A stretch of 64,000 bases of DNA, from NCBI RefSeq assembly GCF_006345805.1, contig NC_043011.1, positions 15,450,464 through 15,514,463 on the forward strand, given 5' to 3'. Positions within the stretch are counted from its first letter, which is position 1, and the number at the start of each line of letters is the position of its first letter. Below the pieces are notes generated by a model. That model searched no databases, was not told where the DNA came from, and saw only the letters and a list, made by a program, of their open reading frames with translations. The position numbers and the translations under genes were made by a program. The stretch comes from Octopus sinensis (taxonomy: Eukaryota). Shown one piece after another: positions 38,595-50,249 of this stretch.

Positions 38595-38825
38595 GATCTT
38601 TACTCTCAGCCGCTGTGCATCAGTAACTCAGAATGTAGCTGTAACGTCCCCGAACGAATATAATTTATTACGTCTTCCTCACAAATGTGTCCAAGCTGGA
38701 CATCATCAAAAGCCATGTCTAGTGCAACAAACAATGAGAGCCGATATAAATCCTGCGTCGAAATAAGTGCATTTTGCATGTGACATCGAAGTTATTGTCA
38801 AACGTATAAAAACCTTGTCCCAAAT
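38595..38825 (-). repeat. Unclassified repeat, homologous to 44812-44996 plus 45512-45570
   Basis: GTCACATGCAAAATGCACTTATTTCGACGCAGGATTTATAT...CGTAATAAATTATATTCGTTCGGGGACGT is shared. The plus-strand copy is split by the chimeric SINE. Confidence 0.85.
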
Positions 38826-39217
38826 CCGTCGCCCATGGGTAAAAGCAGAAAATAAAACAGAAATGACATTAAAAAAATGAATGATAGTTATAATGCACTG
38901 ATACGTTATTCAGAAAACTAATAAGCGATTGACATTTTGTGACGTTTCTCCTCTTTGTAAAGTGTTTATTATTTTCACTTTCATTTCACTCTCCCTTCCT
39001 CCTTCCCTCCCCTCTCTCTCTTTCTCTCACTCTCTCTCCCTCTCTATATCTCACTCTCTCTTTCTCTTTGTCTCTTCACCTTAGTACACTTGTCTCTATC
39101 TCTCTATCTTCCAGAGATAACTTTGAGCCAACTAGAAAACCATAGCTTTATGAAAAATAAAAATCTGGCAGTAGTAGTGATTGACGTCCGCTCGCCAAGC
39201 AAGTAAGCAAGCAACCA

Positions 39218-39218
<1 letters not shown>

Positions 39219-39280
<62 letters not shown>

Positions 39281-39524
39281 GCTACTACTACTACTACTAC
39301 TACTACCACCAACACCACCACCACCACACCACCACTACTACTACTACTACCACCACCACCACTACTACTACCACCACCAGCATCACTACCACCACTACTG
39401 CTACTACTACTACTGACTACTACTACTACTACTACTACTACTAATAATAATAATAATAATAATGATGATGATGATGATAATGATGATGATGATGATGATA
39501 ATAATAATAATAATAGTCATAATC

Positions 39525-39583
<59 letters not shown>

Positions 39584-39596
39584 AAGAAGAAGAAGA
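39219..39596. repeat. In-phase compound trinucleotide array (CTA)-(CCA)-(CTA)-(ATA)-(ATG)-(ATA)-(AGA)
   Basis: Directly visible; explains the poly-Y/H/T/M/I/R ORFs. Confidence 0.95.
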
Positions 39597-39597
39597 A

Positions 39598-40441
39598 AAG
39601 CCCCTAAATACTGGACTAAACTAAATGCAAAAGAAATAGACAGAAAAATCCCAGCAATGGTTGAGAAGCTCAGGACTCAAAGCAGAAACAGAGGGATTTT
39701 TAATTGCAGCACAAGACCAAAGCCTCCCCACCAGAAATTACCAAAAACATGTAATGAAAACAAATATAACAAGTAACTGCAGAATATGTGGAGATGGACA
39801 AGAAACAATAAATCATATCTCTAGCTGCCCAGCCCTGGCTAAAAAGGAATATATTCACAGGCATGACAGAGTTGGAACCTACATACATTGGAAGCTATGC
39901 CAACATTATGGAATAACAACAGAAAAAAGTTGGTATAGGCGCACACCAGAAAAGGTCACAGAAAACGAGAAAGCAACCATACTCTGGCATATGCCGATAC
40001 ACACAGATAGAGAAATTAAGGCCAACAGACCAGATATAGTTGTCAGAGATCATGAAGAAAAAAATGCTTTCTAATTGATGTATCAATACCAGCAGATGAC
40101 AACATGTCTCTAAAAGAAATGGAGAAACTCTCAAAATACAAAGATCTGGAAATATAGGTAACCAGAATGTGGAATCTAAAAACAGAAACAATTCCTATCA
40201 TAGTAGGTGCATTAGGCATGATAAAAAATATTCAGACAAATACATAACAAAAACACCAGGATTTACAAACACATATAACATACAGAAAATTGCACTACTA
40301 GGCACCGCACACATCCTACGCAGAACACTTTCCATACAATAACCATCAGAGCATCACAACAAATCACAGCACATACCCAAGGCACACAGAGCTGCGCTCG
40401 GTAGTGAAGTGAAAGCACGCTAAAAAAATAAAACTACTGAA
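39598..40441 (+). mobile_element. R4/Dong-like non-LTR retrotransposon, 5'-truncated 3' end (zinc knuckle and restriction-like endonuclease, 3' UTR)
   Basis: GLKAETEGFLIAAQDQSLPTRNY, CRICGDGQETINHI-SSC (CCHC), HRHDRVG and RPDIV. After a frameshift in the A-run near 40060: FLIDVSIP...EKLSKYKDLEI*VTRMW...IPIIVGALG...IQKIALLGTAHILRRTLSIQ*. It ends in (TAA)n. Confidence 0.85.
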
Positions 40442-40478
40442 TAATAATAATAATAATGATAATGATAATAATATTAAT

Positions 40479-41540
40479 AACAAGAGCACTCAGAGAGCGC
40501 AAACCTTTGCCAAGGCTACCCTAACGTCCTCCCAACATTTAGCCGGAGATGATTTTCAAAATGAGAATATCTGAAACAACCTCGACTGCTCTCACAAACA
40601 AGAATACTAAAAATGAAGCAGACCGCTCTCAAAAATTAAGTGAAGAAACCGGAAAAATAACCCAGAATCCTTGATCGGTACCTGATCGATTCCAATGGTA
40701 TTCATAGAATATGAATGTGGTGTGCAGGCCATGTTTTTAATGATGTGTATGTGCCGTCTGCAGTGGGAACAGGACAGTTTTCTCTATGAAGGCCTTTTTT
40801 AGTCTAACCACTGATATAACGTCTGTACGACGATTAAGGGCTATGGTGAAAAATTTATTCGTGCGTGAAAGAAAACGGAAAGGACCTGCATACGGTGCTG
40901 TCAACGGGGGTTTAACAACATCGTTGTATACAAAAACGTGAGTCCAAGAAATAAAGCTTTCCTCAAGGCAGAGCTAGAAATGCAATTGTCAAGTAGGTAA
41001 GAGGTTATAAAAAGGAGCGTATATTCAAAATTGGTAAAACTAAAAGTTGTCCAGGATAAATTAAATTTATTATTGTTAGTGAATATGTTAGTGTTATTTA
41101 ATTTTTGAACGGTTTCGCTAACATTTGTTTATGTAGTTTGATTTCGTTATCCATCAGTTTCTATTAAGATAGAGACGAGTGTAAAATTAATAATAGAGAA
41201 ACGAAAATAAATCTTTGGAAAGAGCAACACCACCATAGCTTAGGGAGAAACCATGAGCGTGCTTTCAAGGGAGATAATCAGAGAAAGACTTGATAGTCCG
41301 TAAGATCCTAAGACTTCGTGTAAAGTAAAGTAAATATAACAAATAATCCAGAATCCTTGTCCGGTTCCGGATCGGTCCCAAAATCTAATCAGTTCGTGTC
41401 AGTCACGAAGCCAAACATGCCTGAAAGTTCCATCCGAATCCATCCAGCTGTTCTTGAGATATCTTGTTCACGGACAAACAAACAAACAAACATACACGAC
41501 TGAAACAATAACCCCGCCTTCGCTAAGGCGGAAGTAATAA
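40479..41540 (+). mobile_element. Helentron/HINE-like non-autonomous element, interrupted by foreign DNA at 40696-41340
   Basis: 5' end AACAAGAGCACTCAGAGAGCGCAAACCTTTGCC, internal (ACAA)n, 3' GC hairpin CCGCCTT-CGCT-AAGGCGG (41514-41531) followed by AAGTAATAA. The 5' ACCTTTGCC is roughly complementary to the 3' GGCGGAAGT (sub-terminal inverted repeat). Confidence 0.55.
40782..40940 (-). pseudogene. Ty3/Gypsy integrase C-terminal (GPF/Y) fragment
   Basis: 53 stop-free codons, HVFVYNDVVKPPLTAPYAGPFRFLSRTNKFFTIALNRRTDVISVVRLKKAFIE, matching the gypsy motif HVFVR.D....PL..PY.GPF.VL.R..K.FTI......D.VSIDRLKPAF. It is not in the ORF track because it lacks a start codon. Confidence 0.8.
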
Positions 41541-41700
41541 GAACACACTCACACACACTCATACACACTCACACACATACACACGCACATACACACACAC
41601 GCACATACACACACACACAAACACACATATAATTTGCTATTGTTCCGTGCAACATTATACTTGAATATTTTATAAGCCAGACTAATTTATATTTGAATAT

Positions 41701-41782
<82 letters not shown>

Positions 41783-42365
41783 TGATTAGTCTACTTGCAG
41801 TTTACGTTTCAGTTTTAAAAATTACTTCGCCATTAGACCGATCCCCTAATGCTCCCACATAGTCCATTTTCAGGAACTGGGCATCGAGTGGGTCCCGAAA
41901 GAATCCGTGAAAACCTCGAGTTTCGGAACGTGAGAGAAGTAGCCGTAGTCCTCCTGATAGTAAGTGCAGCTGTTAATTTCATTGTACCGTGGTTTTCACT
42001 GACTCTATTTCTTATACACTCAGCATAATCGCAGTCCTTCACAAATCTGCACTTGATCTTTTCCGAGATCTTGAAAGTTACGATCTTGAAAGATCGCTAA
42101 TCAGTAATTAGTTTGCAATACATACCAGTGGTTCTGCTTCTCGACGCTCATTCATCTTGGTCTCTCTCTGGGTGCACATTTCCTTTTAGCGCTGTTTTAT
42201 CTTTTTGTAAATTCATTTTCTCTACGCTTCAGCACTCTCTCTGATGTGTATCCATCCATCACCCCATTATCACCTGCAATGGGATGGCATTGTTAGTTAT
42301 GGTTAGATGATTCGTCCTCTGATATTAGTTTTCTGATGTAGGCGAGAATATTTCTTCTGCTACTT

Positions 42366-42589
42366 CTCGCGGCGCCAACGTTGGTGATTCGAGTTGGGTG
42401 CTTTGTAATGTGTGATCATATTGCTGTTGTCTCGACTGTTATCCTCTTGGTTTTGTTTTAAGCTTTTCCGGCCACCATGAATCCAAATAGCTATTACTTT
42501 GACACGTACACGAGTTTCATTGATCCTCCTCCCACACGTACTAAGGAGTGCAGGTCCCTAATGTTCTGAGGTCTTCGGGTGTCATAACA
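42366..42589 (-). mobile_element. Candidate short LTR (TGTT...AACG, ~210 bp) followed by a PBS-like TGGCGCCGCGAG
   Basis: The minus strand starts TGTTATGAC at 42589 and reaches CCAACG-T-TGGCGCCGCGAG at 42385-42366. It is on the same strand as, and upstream of, the gypsy fragment. No second LTR was seen. Confidence 0.3.
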
Positions 42590-43037
42590 ATTTGCCTGTC
42601 TGTATAGATCTAATCAATCACAAGTCATTTCTCGTTACTTCAATGAATAATGTGCCAAAGTGGAGGTTATGATAAAGGGTAATATCAACACTAGTATAGT
42701 TCACCGTAACACAGGTGTGGTACTGTGGTGCAAGCCTTATGGTAGCTCTAATTCGCCCTACTATTTTGTGCTATTGACAATCTCGAAATACCTTACATTC
42801 AGTCCTATAAAACCTACTTCTACGGATAGATTAGATATCGCTCCAAACATCTCATGGGCCTATTTTCCAACATTGCATCGAGAACATAGTTCGTGCATAA
42901 AGGGATATTTTCTTGCAGATAATTTCCATGCACAGTATGACAGGTACATCTGTTCTGTATTACTAGGAACGATTGCGAAATATCGTTGCTAATATCCCCA
43001 TCCTATCTAATCAGTAATATGGGCTGGTTTAATAATA

Positions 43038-43400
43038 GGCAGCGAGCTGGCAGAAACGTTAGCACGCAGGGCGAAATGCTTAGCAGTATTTCGTCTGCCG
43101 TTACGTTCTGAGTTCAAATTCCGCCGAGGTCGACTTTGCCTTTCATCCTTTCGGGGTCGATAAATAAAGTACCAATTTCGCACTGGACTCGATGTACTCG
43201 ACTTAATCCCTTTGTCTGTCCTTGTTTGTCCCCTCTATGTTTAGCCCCTTGTGGGCAATAAAGAAATATATATTTCGTCTATCTTTACGTTCTGAGTTCA
43301 AATACCGCCGAGGTCGACTTTGCCTTTCATCCTTTCGGGGTCGATAAATTAAGTACTAGTTTCGTACTAGGGTCGATCTAATCAACTGTCTCCTCCCCCA
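43038..43400 (+). mobile_element. SINE family A dimer inside one TSD
   Basis: Unit 1 runs to AAGAAATA (43268); unit 2 restarts at TATTTCGTC (43271) and ends in the alternative CTCCTCCCCC tail. TSD TAATATGGGCTG at 43015-43026 and 43407-43418. Confidence 0.85.
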
Positions 43401-43790
43401 GAAGAATAATATGGGCTGTTTTTCCTCATTTAGTACAACTTTTTCTTCTCTATTGCTGTTGGAAATATTTTTGTTGTTTCTAGTATCAAAGTCTTATTAG
43501 GGAAGTATAACTAGAAAGACATGCGTCCGTCTAGAGGTTCTGAGTTCAAATTCCACCGAGTTCGGCTTTGCCTTTCATCCTTTCCGTACAGATAAAATGC
43601 GTACCGTTTGAGCACTGGGGTCGATGCAATCGGTTTAGCCACTTCCCGAAAATTTCTGGATTTGTACCAAAATTTGAAACCAGCATTATACTCTACTCTT
43701 GTACTGATTAGTTTGTTCAGAGGTAGCCAAATACTTATTTTATATGCACATACAGACATAAATACACATATTATTCATCTATCTATCTAC

Positions 43791-43893
<103 letters not shown>

Positions 43894-44996
43894 TCGATCT
43901 AGCTGTCTATGTATCTATCTAAGAATATACACTCACATACATATGTATATAAGTACACACATTCATACATATATATATGTATGCATATATATATATACAC
44001 ATACATATACACATATATATATACATACACACACGCGTATATGTATATATATTTAAATAAATATATTTATATATATACGTATGTATGTGTAAATATATAT
44101 ATATATATACATACATATATATATATATATTGATAGAAAGCTAGCGAAATACTTTTCATTTTTATTTATCAATATTAAGAACGAGAGAGAAAAAAAATGA
44201 ATTATCAGATTAGTGTCTGTCTGCATCAAAATATGCTGTAACCATTGTGTTAGAAGATAAGGAGAAGAGTGTTCAAGATGTATTAATTATTTATTGTTTT
44301 ATTGGCCATCAATATTACGTGATATGTATAAAAAAAAAGAAAAAAATGAAATGTAACAAGTAGTGTCTAAATGCTGATAGAAACGAAAGTCGATATCTAT
44401 GTGGAAAACTAACTCAGACTATGAGATCTGATTGAAGTAGAGCTAAATGAAAAGATAAGATTCGCCCACACTTTGTTACTTTTTCCATATACTCCTTATT
44501 TATTGATTCTTTCAAACGCTCACTTCAGTCTTGTTTACTTTAACATTTGGTTTCTTTTGACTAAGACACGTAAGAAATATATTTAAAGGAGAAATAGAAG
44601 TGAGATATTCTGGCGTTCATATTTTCTCAAAGTCATTATCGAACACCTGAATAATATTCGTGTAGTAAAATGTGTTTTAAATGAGGTTCACTGCGTGCTT
44701 TCTTCTTGGTCTATTTCACTCGCTACCTTTTTCTTTTGCTCCAATGTTTTTCTGTTTATTTTGGCTGCATACATCTACATCATATTGCTCGTTTTCACGG
44801 AGTGGGTAAAAATGACAAAGTTTTTATACGTTTGTCAATAACTTCGGTGTCACATGCAAAATGCACTTATTTCGACGCAGGATTTATATTGGTTCTCATT
44901 GTTTGTTGCACTAGACATGGTTTTTCATGATGTCCAGCTTGAACACATTTATGAGAAAGACGTAATAAATTATATTCGTTCGGGGACGTAACATGT

Positions 44997-45507
44997 GTGG
45001 AGGCGCAATGGCCCAGTGGTTAGGGCAGCGGACTCGCGGTCATAGGATCGCGGTTTCGATTCCCAGACCGGGCATTGTGAGTATTTATTGAGCGAAAACA
45101 CCTAAAGCTCAACGATGCTCCGGCAGGGGTTGGTAGTGAACCCTGCAGTACTCTTTCACCACAACTTTCTCTCACTCATTCTTCCTGTTTCTGTTGTACC
45201 TGTATTTCAAAGGGCCAGCCTAGCGACACTCTGTGTCACGCTGAATCTCCTCGAGAACTACGTTAAGGATACACGTGTCTGTGGAGTGCTCAGCCACTTA
45301 CACGTTAATAAATGAGCTGCGACGTCACTGGTGCCAAGCTGTATCGGCTCATTTGCTTTTCCCTTGGATAACATCGGTGGCGTGGAGAGGGGAGGCTTGT
45401 ATGCGTGGGCGACTGCTGGGCTTCCATAAACAACCTTGCCCAGACTTGTACCTCGGAGGGTAAATTTCTAGGTGGAATTCCATGAGCATTCGTGACCGAA
45501 AGAGGTC
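44997..45507 (+). mobile_element. Chimeric SINE: family C head and body (to 45309) fused to family D 3' half
   Basis: 44997-45309 aligns with the reverse complement of 54530-54846. From AAATGAGCTGCGAC (45310) it aligns with the reverse complement of 51001-51202. Confidence 0.85.
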
Positions 45508-46468
45508 ACACACATGTAACAGGTACTTTCTGAGTTACTGATGCAGAGCGGCTGAGAGTAAAAATCTCTTTATTCGAACACAATGAAGAAAGAAGTAACT
45601 ATTTACTAGAAGTAACTAAGCATCTGTCTCTCTCTATCTGTCAAAGCCAATTCGCTGTTCTGTCCAATCCACCACACCGATCAATTCCCTGCTTTCTACA
45701 GTCTATAAATGACAACGTAGGAAATTCTTATAACCAGTTGTTTTATGCACTGACGGCAGAGGTTAGTGTATAGCTCTGTTGTTGGCCAGGTTGTCAGCTT
45801 CTGCTACACGCTTCCTGCATCATTTTGAAATATCCTTCCTTATGTTGTTTTAAATAATTTCTCTGCTTGTCTCAATTGTTTTCTTCTCTATTAATTATTG
45901 AAATTAGCCATGAGCCATTCTTCCTTATGATCACAATAATATTGTTGTTATTTTGGCATATTGCTCAGTTTCGTGTTCTTCTTAAATACACGACATCTTA
46001 TAGAGAATACATTTAACAACAGTGGGTTATCAAAAAAATCAGCCAGTTACATTTTATAGATTAGTTTTTTTTTGTTGCATTTATCTCAATACCTATTCCA
46101 CGAATTGAAGACCAATTTCGATTGGATAACTCCTACTCAAATTATTTCTTCGGCAGTTTTATCTGATATGATATTGCAATGAGTCATAAAATAGCATAAC
46201 TCTTTCAATGCTTTGCATTCATTCAAAATAATTATTTTAAGGCAATTTCGATAGGTTATGGCTTTACTATCTTCAGCTGAATAATACTTATCATTTAAAA
46301 ATTACCATTTTTTTTTGGAACATTGATTTTCATATAATTTTAACAGATCAACTTCAAGGTCAACTTTTATTGATTCTCTCTCAATTTATTTTGAAGTATA
46401 GCCCCTTTTATTTCAAGGCCCATACAGTTTGCATTCTTGCCGGTGGTCAACACATGGTATCTCCCCAA

Positions 46469-46697
46469 GGCGGCAAACTAGCAGAAACGTTAGCACGTCG
46501 GGTGAAATGCGTAGCCGTATTTCGTCTGCCGTTACGTTCTGAGTTCAAATTCCGCCGAGGTCGACTTTGCCTTTCATCCTTTCAGGGTCGATAAATTAAG
46601 TACCAGTTACGCACTGGGGTTGATGTAATCGACTTAATCGGTGTGTCTGTACTTGTTTGTCCTCTCTGTGTAGCCCCTTGTGGGTAGTAAAGAAATA
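46469..46697 (+). mobile_element. SINE family A, full-length
   Basis: TSD GGTATCTCCCCAAG (46456-46469) and GGTATCTGCCCAAG (46698-46711). Confidence 0.92.
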
Positions 46698-46954
46698 GGT
46701 ATCTGCCCAAGTATTTAGCAGTTATGCGTAGAATCACCGCCACAACACCGTTTGATGAGCATATTTAGAAAGACGCGTGAAGTCTAAAGCGTTATGTCCC
46801 AGACATACTGCTGAGTAATAGATAGAAATTAATTTCCACTTATTTTAGTCGCGATCAGTTGACATACGTTATATAAATACACTACTTTCTATCTATCTGT
46901 CTGTCTGTCTAATTGTCTCTCCCTCTTTCTCCTTTACACACTCTCTCTCTCGTT

Positions 46955-47435
46955 GCTCACACGTGACCATCTTCCATCTTTCTTTTCCTCACGTGATGAT
47001 CTCTCTTTTCCATCACGGCTGTCGTAGAGACCGCACGTATCCCATCTGTCTTTCACTTCTATCTTTCCTCTTGTTATAAAGAGAATAATTCTCCAGGGTT
47101 CGCTGTTTTACTTTCGTCTGGTCTAACGATCCTCCATGTTTGTTTTCGCTTGACTTCCTTGTGTGTCTCCACTGTCCTATTATTGTTACCAACTTTGATC
47201 CTCCGCAAATCTCAAATTTTATTTTGGTTTGTGGGAGCAACTGCACTTCGAAGACTCATATTGTCGTTCTATGCTCGAAATGAGGGTAGATGGACAGCCG
47301 ACAACTGAGGAAGGGTCGTTCTTTATGTTACTTTTCCTGTTTTCCATCTGTTTCTCTCATTGTTTATATGTTCAACTCTCTTATTTTTGAATTTCATGTT
47401 GCTTACGGTTTGGGACGCCCTGTACCCATGTATGC
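46955..47435 (+). mobile_element. Second copy of the 4.6-5.5 kb element
   Basis: Shared blocks CACACGTGACCA..CCATCTTTCTTTTCCT, TGTTACCAACTTTGA.CCTCCGCAAAT and GACGCC.TGTACCCAT. Confidence 0.75.
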
Positions 47436-47484
47436 ATATATATATATATATGCGTGTGTGTGTGTACATATACATATATATATA

Positions 47485-47523
<39 letters not shown>

Positions 47524-47541
47524 TATATATATAATATATAT

Positions 47542-47584
<43 letters not shown>

Positions 47585-47594
47585 ATATATATAT

Positions 47595-47726
47595 ATTTAT
47601 TATATAGAAGGAGCTTCTACAGGACTAGAACTGTTTCATTCAAGAGAAATCTTCAGGAAGCTTCCTGAAGATTTCTCTTGAATGAAACAGTTCTAGTCCT
47701 GTAGAAGCTCCTTCTATATAATAAAT
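47595..47726. repeat. Perfect 132-bp palindrome (66-bp arms, no spacer)
   Basis: Checked base by base: 47595-47660 is the exact reverse complement of 47661-47726, centred on GGAAG|CTTCC. Confidence 0.97.
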
Positions 47727-47791
47727 TAATTTTACTCTGCTATGTATTGAGTACCTTATTTACTGTGGTTAACCCCGAATCAACCGGGACC

Positions 47792-47869
<78 letters not shown>

Positions 47870-47904
47870 GTTTGATTGAATGCCACGCATCCATTTCCGA
47901 GTAA

Positions 47905-48013
<109 letters not shown>

Positions 48014-49651
48014 TTGAAAAGAGAGTGATAGAGATTTTGGTGTAGTATACATTGTACATTGTAAGTCAGAATTTATTGCTCACGCCCTCTAGTACAAGAC
48101 AACTTAGCTGTATTTTTGGAACTTAATTTTAATGGTTCTTTTTAATTGGCTTCCTTCCGTACTTTTAATTTCTCATCATGGAAATAATTCTTTACTCTGA
48201 ACAAATATGACTCTATATGTAGAACATTATCCCCTGATCATCAGGGTTGAGTTGTTCTAGTCACATACCGAAATGAGATGACTAGTAATCCTCTGTAACC
48301 GCAGTTTTACTTCAGGGCTATCCTCTCCGAGAAGGATACTGTGATGACAGCTAAAACTCCCTCACTCACATTTGATTTTGTTAGGTGCTTTGACACTAAA
48401 CAAGGGTATTCAATCTAACCACCCCTACGCTCCAATGGAATGTCTTCTCATATACTCGTGCAGCAGTGATTCGACGCCTAACCGCTAGATACTCAGTCAG
48501 ACCCCTCGAGTTACCACTACAGTTTAGCGTGATATATCTATAAATGGACCAATCGGCGTGAAGCTGTGGCGTGATATCGCTTTCTCAAATGTTTAGAATA
48601 AAACCTCTTGTTTCCAATAAAAATCGTTTCTTTCGTAGTTTAGAGCGCAGACGGTCAACGGATCTCTGTCGCCAGCGATATTTTCGCAGACGCAGAAGAC
48701 TTCGTATAATTTGGATCGACCAAATGTTATCAAACAGAGAATATTCCTTAATTTCAAGATAGTTTTTCTCTCTCTCAGTCAGCAATTATGAATATTGTTC
48801 ATCATAAATAACCAACACCAAATAACTTTTTGTTCCGCTGTAGATATTTCAGTTAAACGTCCACGGGTTCGCTTCAGTTATTTACGCAGCCAAAGAAACA
48901 AACCTTCATCGGCCAGCTCACATCGATCGACACCCAAACCCCTGCGGCACTAATTAACCCACAGCTCGGTTTTTGAAGGGCGCTCCTACTCCGGCTCAGA
49001 GTAGACCTTGGAACAATTGTGATTCAGAGGTGGTTCGATACCTCAAAACCACGATGACACGCACCACAGCCCCACTACAAGATGCAGCTTCAAGTTATAC
49101 CCAGGACATACACACATACATAATTATTTATATATGAAAGCGTCTTTACTGTAATTTCTCTTGAATCAAAACACACACACACACACACACGCGCGCGCAC
49201 GCACACACACAAATGGTTTGTGTGGTCTTACATGTATGCACTCATTTGTTAGTATTCGAATATTTTTGTTATCCTAACTCTTGAAAACTCCCATTTCCTT
49301 TGTCACATCCCACACAAACGTAACTACTAATCCTATTCTTCGCAAACTTTTTGAGACAGGAAATGCCGCTACGAACGAATAACTTTAAGAATTAACAAGA
49401 ATATTGTCCAAACCAAATTTCTATTATTCAATTCATGTAACTCTAATCGTATAGCAATAATTTTCTTACCGATAATCCCATTACATAATTTCACTTATAA
49501 ATAATCCCTTAATTTACTTAAAAATAATCGCATTACCTAATTCTACTTGCATAGAATCTGAGTTTATCTCTTCCTGTTTTGTTTAATTTCTCACAGGGAT
49601 ACTCTTCACTAAGGTAATAAGATAGAGACAGTCATTGAACAAACCTGATTG

Positions 49652-49800
49652 AAGGAGTGTGGTTCAGTGGTTAGGGTATTGTGTTAACGATTGTAGAGTC
49701 ACTTGTTCGATAACCGGTGGCACTTTCTATCCTTTCGCAAGATACATTACTTCACGTTGCTGCAGTTCACTCGGCTAGCTGGCAAAAGTGAGCAGTACTT
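49652..49800 (+). mobile_element. Old tRNA-derived SINE fragment
   Basis: A-box-like GTGGTTCAGTGGTTAGGG, B-box-like TGTTCGATAACC, and CAGTTCACTCGGCT shared with the family D body. Confidence 0.5.
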
Positions 49801-49817
49801 GAATTTCACAGGAACAG

Positions 49818-50249
49818 CCGGATCTTTTCGGTTTGAACGGCAGTTTTTTCTAGTGGTGTCATATGAAATTGCCATCCATAATTATGACCCTAGTATCGAT
49901 CTATTGCATTTCAATCTGTTTTAGGGTAGGGTTAGTTAGTGTTAGGGTTAGGGGTGGGGGAAGGGTATGTTTTTTCTTCACAAATGTAAATAAATCCAAT
50001 CTGTTTCTTAAACGAGGGACATATTCATACGGCACAGAATGTTATTTACTTCAATGGACGTCAATGATTGGTTGAAATTGCAGAAATTGAAGAAAAAACA
50101 ACAAATATCTTACAAACTATAGAATTTTCTCAATAAAGCCAAGAGAAAAATAAGTTTTATAAACACATTCTACCAATATACGAAGTTTAATTTTTTTTAG
50201 TTACCTAGAAATTATGTTAAAAACTGCCGTTCAAACCGAAAAGATCCGG
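49818..50249. mobile_element. MITE with perfect 31-bp terminal inverted repeats and internal telomere-like motifs
   Basis: CCGGATCTTTTCGGTTTGAACGGCAGTTTTT (49818-49848) and its reverse complement (50219-50249). Internal TTAGGGTAGGGTTAGTTAGTGTTAGGGTTAGGGGTGGGG. Confidence 0.85.

Noticed and set aside
47244-47290. Hammerhead-like CGAAGA...CGAAATG in the 4.8/47.2 kb family
   Set aside because: No UH cleavage triplet or stem III could be assigned in either copy; left as a check in the findings only.
48540-49060. CpG-richer island with TATAAA and CCAAT as a promoter
   Set aside because: The motif order is not promoter-like for either strand and no exon or donor was identified.
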